From Myxococcota bacterium (lineage in GTDB: Bacteria; Myxococcota_A; UBA796; CAJQPC01): a DNA stretch of 64,000 bases. Below are positions 59,027-64,000 of the stretch, piece after piece (position 1 is the first letter of the stretch; every line of letters starts with the position of its first letter). The notes under the pieces are model-generated. The model did not search any database. It worked only from the letters and a program-made list of their open reading frames with translations, and was not told the origin of the DNA. Where the stretch lies: contig DASCPX010000059.1 of NCBI GenBank assembly GCA_036012755.1, forward strand, positions 32,001 to 96,000, read 5' to 3'. The position numbers and the translations under genes were made by a program.

Positions 59027-59639
59027 ATGAGCGCGCGCGAACAGCTGGTCGAACACACGACCCGAGGTGGGGTCCCCCACCTGCGCTTCGCCGATATGGA
59101 GGTCCCGAAGCTGGGACCCGTGGTCGAAGAGGACATCCCCCACTTCGCGAAGATCCTGGGAGAAGACGAGGCCCGCCAGCGGCTCGCCGCGTCGCTGGCG
59201 CGCCAGGCCGCCTTCGCTGGTCGCTTCCACCTGGACGACACCACGGCCCGCACCCTGTTGCGTGTCGTGAAGCCCACCGGACGAAGGTCACGACCTCGTG
59301 CTGGTGATCACCGATGGCTACCCCCGCAGCTCCCGCGTCCGCTTCTTCGCCAAGCCGACCCGCTTCTCCAGCACCAACGACAGCGGAGAGCAGACCGGAG
59401 AGAGCCTCAAGAGCGGGAGGGTCTCCCTGTGGCAGACCCAGGAGGACGAGACCCGCGACGTCGCGAGGGCCCTCGAGGCGCTCGAGGATCCCTCGCGTAC
59501 GGTGCTCGGCATCGGCATCGGGGTCGACGCGCCCGTCGACGAGTTCTTCGAGCACGCTCACGCATACGCGGACCACGAGGCCTTCGCGGAGGGCTTCCCG
59601 GCCCTGTTGGAGAGCGCCCTGTCCGAGCTCTTCCTCTAG
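59027..59639 (+). pseudogene. Internally deleted VWA (CobT/NorD-like) protein
   Basis: GGAGG RBS; frame switches near 59285 to LVLVITDGYP...VLGIGIG; MIDAS DxSxS absent. Confidence 0.55.
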
Positions 59640-59664
59640 TCCGAGCTCTTCCTCTAGTCCGAGC
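59621..59664. repeat. 18-bp tandem duplication spanning a stop codon
   Basis: GTCCGAGCTCTTCCTCTA twice, then GTCCGAGC. Confidence 0.9.
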
Positions 59665-59864
59665 GCGATCGAGAAGTGCGCGTCCGACGGACGGTGCGCG
59701 AGGGGGTGTCACCCGCGTCGAGCAGTCCGTTGTCGTTGAGGACCACCACCAGCGAGTAGCCGACAAGGGCTATGCCAGGGCTGAGGGCCCCGGATCGCCA
59801 TCCTCGGCGGACAAGCTGTCGATCGTGTGCAGATCGGCCCTCGGTATCCGACAGGCTGACAGGG

Positions 59865-60401
59865 CTACCAGATGGTCTTCGGCGCCTGCACGGTGGGGAG
59901 GAGACGCTCGATGTGTGCGATGACGGCGCGAGGGCTCGTCGCCCGGTGGATCGGTCGGGCGTAGCGCTCGTCGAGCTTGGTGCCGGCGAGCTTGGCTGCC
60001 CAGCCCACCCCCTGGTCGAGGGCCACGATGGGCTTGCCGTACTGCCAGGCCAGGGCGATCTCGGACAGCGTGCCCGAGGCGCCGGCTACGGCCACGACCA
60101 CATCTCCTGCAGCCACCACCAGCGCGTTGCGGGCGAAGTTCAAGCCGGTCGGAACGACGATGTCGCAGAAGGAGTTCGCGGTCGAGCCGTCCAGGTTCGG
60201 CAGGATGCCGAGGGTGGCTCCCTCTGTGTAGGCCTCTGAGGCGTGGGCGCCCCGACAGACGGCCTCCATCACACCCTCGCGCCCTCCGCAGACGATGCGC
60301 CAGCCGGCGTCGATCAAGAGCTGGCCGAGCTCCTCTGCGGGTTCGAGGATGGCCGGGTCGGTGAAGGCGCTTCCGATGACGGCGATCTGGGGACGACGCA
60401 T
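59865..60401 (-). CDS. LOG/SLOG-family protein (TIGR00725-like)
   Basis: IAVIG, CGGREGVMEA, ARN, GTLSEIALA. Confidence 0.9.
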   Translation of the reverse strand: MRRPQIAVIGSAFTDPAILEPAEELGQLLIDAGWRIVCGGREGVMEAVCRGAHASEAYTEGATLGILPNLDGSTANSFCDIVVPTGLNFARNALVVAAGDVVVAVAGASGTLSEIALAWQYGKPIVALDQGVGWAAKLAGTKLDERYARPIHRATSPRAVIAHIERLLPTVQAPKTIW

Positions 60402-60443
60402 GGCCTTCGCTAACGCGCTCCGTAGTGGGCGTCGGAGGCAGTC

Positions 60444-60719
60444 ATGACGTCCACACTCGACGAGCTCTTGCCCGAAGGCTGGGCGACCGCGTTGGCGCAG
60501 TACGGCTACCGCAGCCCGGCCGACTTCGTCTCGACCGTCCAGCTCGAGGGTGGCGCCGAGTCCCTGGCGACGCTGTTGGGCTGCGAGGTGGAGGAGATCG
60601 AGCGCCTGGCTGGCTCGCTGGCGACGAGCCTGACGACTCCGCTCGAGCCCGTGGATCACCCTCTGGGCTGCCTCTTCGAAGACGAAGACGAAGCCGAGGA
60701 GGTGGACGATGCGACTTGA
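60444..60719 (+). CDS. Small acidic protein homologous to the N-terminal domain of the downstream protease
   Basis: GGAGG RBS; manual alignment to 60709 residues ~10-100. Confidence 0.7.
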   Translation: MTSTLDELLPEGWATALAQYGYRSPADFVSTVQLEGGAESLATLLGCEVEEIERLAGSLATSLTTPLEPVDHPLGCLFEDEDEAEEVDDAT

Positions 60720-62253
60720 ACGCACCACCCCCCTGCGCGAGAGCGCCATCGTCCGATCCGGGCTGCCGGGTCGAGCGCTGAACCGAATCGAGCGGGACCA
60801 CGGGGCCCGGACCGTCGGAGAGCTGCTCCAGCTCATCCTGAACGCGGACATCGACGCCGACTTCCAGGCGGCCTTCGGGCTCTCGAACGAGGCTGTCCGC
60901 ACGCTGGCAGGCGACCTCCTCGGAGCTCTCCCGCGCGAGCACGCCAGCGCGATCCAGGCACCGGCCGACTTCGTCCTCGGGGCGGAGCTCGAGGACGGGG
61001 GACCGCCGGCCTTGTCGGCTCCACCACGCAGGCAGATCCTGCCCGATCGGTGCTCCATGGTCGAGGACCTCCTGCCGGTCGCGGACCAGGGCCGACGTGG
61101 ATCCTGCGTCTCCCAGGCCGCCACGGCGGTCAACGAGTTCTACCAAGGAGGCAAGCGCAGGCTCAGCTCGCAGTACCTCTACGCCCGCTGCAAGGAGGAC
61201 GACGGCTACCCCGGTCCGGGTACCTACCCGCGCGTCGCCGCGAAGCTCCTGCGCGAGGAAGGCCAGTGCACCGAGCGCACCTTGCCCTACAACCCGAACC
61301 AGATCCCCGGCAACGAAGGTCAGGGCCCCGTGCCGTTGAAGGCCCGGCTCGAGGCCTCCCTCTACAAGTGCCACCTGCCCTACGCCATCGACTCCACGGA
61401 CGTGGATTTCATCCAGCGCCTGCTGGTCGGGCTGGAGGTCGGCGGAGAGCGCCTCCCGCCCAGACCGATCTTCTTCGCGGTCCAGACCTTCCGCGGGCTG
61501 ATGGGCGGCGAGACCGCGCGCACCGGCCGCGTCCTGATGCCTCTCCCGGGGGCGCGCCCCTGCGGGGGTCACGCGATGGTCTACGCCGGCTACTGCGTCG
61601 GAGACGACCCAGGCGGTGGTCGCTTCATCGTCCGGAATTCGTGGGGGGCGGGTTGGGCCCACGAGAATCCAGATGGTCCAGGCTACTGCTGGCTCCCCTT
61701 CGCCTATGCCCGGCAGCACAGCCGCGGGGCCGCCTACGCGCTGTTCACGAAGAAAGAAGCTGCCCTCATCGAGCGGAGCTCTCTGCCCGACCACGGAGAC
61801 AAGGCGGCAGGCGGTCCTCGCCGCCGCTGGGCAGGACTCGCCGTCGTCGCGGCTCTCGCAGGAGCCGTGGCGGTCGCGATCCACGCACCCGAAGCCCTGA
61901 GGCCCGAGCCCGACCAGCAGCGCTCCGGCTGCTACTCGTACTGGGCAGAGGACAATGTCCTCCAGAAGCGAGTCATGCCCGCGGAGACCCTGTGGGGTCT
62001 GAGTCAGTGGTTCGGCGTGGGTTCAGAGGAGCTCGCGGACTGGAATGACCTCGACCCGGAGGCGCGCATCGTTCGGGATCAGCACCTCGAGGTCCGCCTG
62101 GACGCGGAACCCTACTTCTACGTGGTGCAGCCCGGGGACACGCTCAGCGAGATCCAGGCGTCCCGAGGAATCGACAACCCTTGGAAGGTCAAGGGCCTCA
62201 ACTGCATGACCGACGGGACCGTCTACGCCGGAGAGACGCTGATGCTGCTGTGA
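60709..62253 (+). CDS. C1A (papain-family) cysteine protease with TM and two LysM domains
   Basis: DQGRRGSCVSQA, GGHAM, RNSWG; hydrophobic segment; V.PAETLWGLS and YVVQPGDTLSEI LysM motifs. Confidence 0.88.
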   Translation: MRLERTTPLRESAIVRSGLPGRALNRIERDHGARTVGELLQLILNADIDADFQAAFGLSNEAVRTLAGDLLGALPREHASAIQAPADFVLGAELEDGGPPALSAPPRRQILPDRCSMVEDLLPVADQGRRGSCVSQAATAVNEFYQGGKRRLSSQYLYARCKEDDGYPGPGTYPRVAAKLLREEGQCTERTLPYNPNQIPGNEGQGPVPLKARLEASLYKCHLPYAIDSTDVDFIQRLLVGLEVGGERLPPRPIFFAVQTFRGLMGGETARTGRVLMPLPGARPCGGHAMVYAGYCVGDDPGGGRFIVRNSWGAGWAHENPDGPGYCWLPFAYARQHSRGAAYALFTKKEAALIERSSLPDHGDKAAGGPRRRWAGLAVVAALAGAVAVAIHAPEALRPEPDQQRSGCYSYWAEDNVLQKRVMPAETLWGLSQWFGVGSEELADWNDLDPEARIVRDQHLEVRLDAEPYFYVVQPGDTLSEIQASRGIDNPWKVKGLNCMTDGTVYAGETLMLL

Positions 62254-63130
62254 GCAACAGCAGCAAGGATCCGCCTGCCCCTCCGCCGCAGCCCTCGCAG
62301 CTCTCTCCGCCGGGGCCGTCGGTGTCACCCCCGTCGCAGAAACCGTCGTCCTCGGCGTCATGGAGGTCGGGCTTTCCGTCGCAGTCGCTGTCCTCGCGGC
62401 AGGACTCCTCGCCGTCCAAGAGGCCGTCGTCGTCGGTGTCGCGGTCGCGCGGGTCCGAGCCCAGCACCAGCTCCTCCGAGCGGGACAGGCCGTCGATGTC
62501 GAAGTCCACGGCGAAGGCATCCGACCAGGATCCGTCGAGCTCGTGGAGACCATCGAGATCGCTGCCGCTCCCGAGATCGGAGGTCAGCCGCTCCATCTCC
62601 GGGTCGTCGCCGGTCACGGGGAGCACGCAGAACACCCACTGGTCGTCGACGCCCTCGAAGTGTCCGTAGAGGTCGGCGACGGGAAAGGCCAGGTCGATGA
62701 AGTAGTCGGTGTCGCCGCGAAAGGTGGTCTCGGCCTCGACCGTGCGCCAGGCGTCGCTGTAGGTCTCGGCCACCTCGAGGGAGACGTCCGCGCCCTCGGT
62801 GTCCTCGTCTGCGAGGAGGAACGCCGCGCTGCCGTCTGAGCTCGCCGCGAGCACCGCCTCCACGTCCGCCGTGTCCGCGTTCAGCTCGAAGGCCAGGCCT
62901 CAGGCGCCCTCGGCGGCGGTGGGATCCTCGTTCAGCCGCACCCGCCACCAGAGCGTCGTGCCGTCAGAGGCCCACTGCAGCATCGAGTCGTCCACGCTGC
63001 CGACGAGGTCGAGGGCCCGGTCGCCGTCCTGGTCCTCGAAGGTGTCGGTCATGCCCTCTTCGTCGAGGGTGACCGGCACCCAGTCGCTGTCCGCTGGCCA
63101 GGCCAGGGCCGCGCTGACTAGAGCAAGCAT
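62198..63130 (-). pseudogene. Secreted acidic protein with MYXO-CTERM-like tail, interrupted by in-frame TGA at 62900-62902
   Basis: MLALVSAALA-WP...EGA*GLAFEL continues in frame; DTDDDGLLDGEE; CEGC, hydrophobic stretch, RRRR. Confidence 0.7.
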
Positions 63131-63999
63131 TCCTCGAAGGGCTCCTCGCCGTCGAGGCTCACGTAGAAGCACTCGTCACAGCTCTCGTCTGCGTCGTAGT
63201 CGACCAGCGCGTGGCGCTTGCCCTGGAACTGGGCCTCGCCGGTGTAGGGCGACTCGGCGTCGCAGTCCGGCTCGACGTGGAGCTGCCCGAAGTGACAGTA
63301 GCTGCCGATGTACACGCTGTAGGCGTTGGCGTCGAGATCCGCGAAGCCCTCCCACTCGACGTAGTCGATGACGTAGTCCCCGTCGCGGTCCTCGTAGGTG
63401 TAGTCGACCTGGCGGTAGCCCAGGAACTCGGACAGATCCAGGGGTGGCGTGCCTTTGAACCAGCGCATCTCCTCGAGATCCTGGGAGACGCTGTAGTCCA
63501 CTCCATCCGTCACATAGAGCGCCAGGTCCCCGTTCGCGGTGTACTCCAGGCTGTGGCTGCCCGCGTCGCCTTCGAAGGAGCCGTAGACCTCGAAGTTCGA
63601 GTAGGACACGGTCAGCGGGTCCGAGCTGGCGTCCACGAACAGGGTGCCCCCCCACTCGACGCCGGTCTTGTCCGTGCAGCCGCCGACGAGCTCCGCGGTC
63701 TCGTCTCCGTAGGTGACCACGGGACAGTCGTAGAGGTGGCCGTGGGTCTCCGCGAGGTCGATGAGGTAGCTGTGCCAGTGCAGCTCGCCGAGGCCGCTCA
63801 TGTAGAGCGCGATCGGCATCGCCTTGGACATGCCCATCGGGTAGTCGACGTCCTCTCCACAGTCGAGGTAGGGCACGTCTGTGTCAGCGTCGGCGTCGGT
63901 GTCGGCGTCTGAGTCAGCGTCCGTGTCGGCGTCGGAGTCAGCGTCGGAGTCGGCGTCGGTGTCGCTGTCGCTGTCGCTGTCGGCGTCAGCCTCGAGCCC
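63118..63999 (-). CDS. Secreted acidic protein with (DX)n linker, 5' end outside the window
   Basis: Frame stays open to the edge through EADADSDSDSDTDAD... Confidence 0.7.
   Translation of the reverse strand, partial: GLEADADSDSDSDTDADSDADSDADTDADSDADTDADADTDVPYLDCGEDVDYPMGMSKAMPIALYMSGLGELHWHSYLIDLAETHGHLYDCPVVTYGDETAELVGGCTDKTGVEWGGTLFVDASSDPLTVSYSNFEVYGSFEGDAGSHSLEYTANGDLALYVTDGVDYSVSQDLEEMRWFKGTPPLDLSEFLGYRQVDYTYEDRDGDYVIDYVEWEGFADLDANAYSVYIGSYCHFGQLHVEPDCDAESPYTGEAQFQGKRHALVDYDADESCDECFYVSLDGEEPFEECLL
63877..63990 (-). repeat. Coding (D-A/S/T)n repeat
   Basis: Tandem GAC-NNN hexamers. Confidence 0.9.
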
Positions 64000-64000
64000 G

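Noticed and set aside
49941..59664. The two short duplications as target-site duplications of one element
   Set aside because: They differ in sequence, each is tandem, and no transposase or integrase lies between them
1..64000. Global UGA-to-Trp or selenocysteine recoding
   Set aside because: TGA ends many intact genes, including TGATG/ATGA overlaps; the internal TGAs are not in redox motifs and I could not identify a SECIS element

Overview
High-GC (about 70% by eye), gene-dense chromosomal DNA, most consistent with Myxococcota or a related deltaproteobacterial lineage (MYXO-CTERM-like tails, (DX)n acidic linkers, MopE-like repeats, Myxococcus-type parS palindromes). It holds about 60 genes and remnants, many overlapping. 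I saw no rRNA, tRNA, CRISPR array or intact mobile element. Main points: (1) a cobalamin riboswitch heads a 7-gene operon combining a TonB-dependent receptor, three lipoproteins and an ECF transporter whose S component is fused to a large lipoprotein ectodomain; (2) about 20 exported proteins start with very short, mostly uncharged signal peptides, and many genes have TANNNT 5-7 nt before the start codon, suggesting leaderless mRNAs; (3) a papain-family/LysM protein is preceded by a free-standing copy of its own N-terminal domain; (4) there is an intact plus degenerate GHKL ATPase pair; (5) two intergenic parS sites and a Fur-box-like site lie on promoters; (6) about ten genes are broken by Trp-codon-like stops, frameshifts, deletions or short duplications. 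Family calls come from motif recognition only; no database searches were run.
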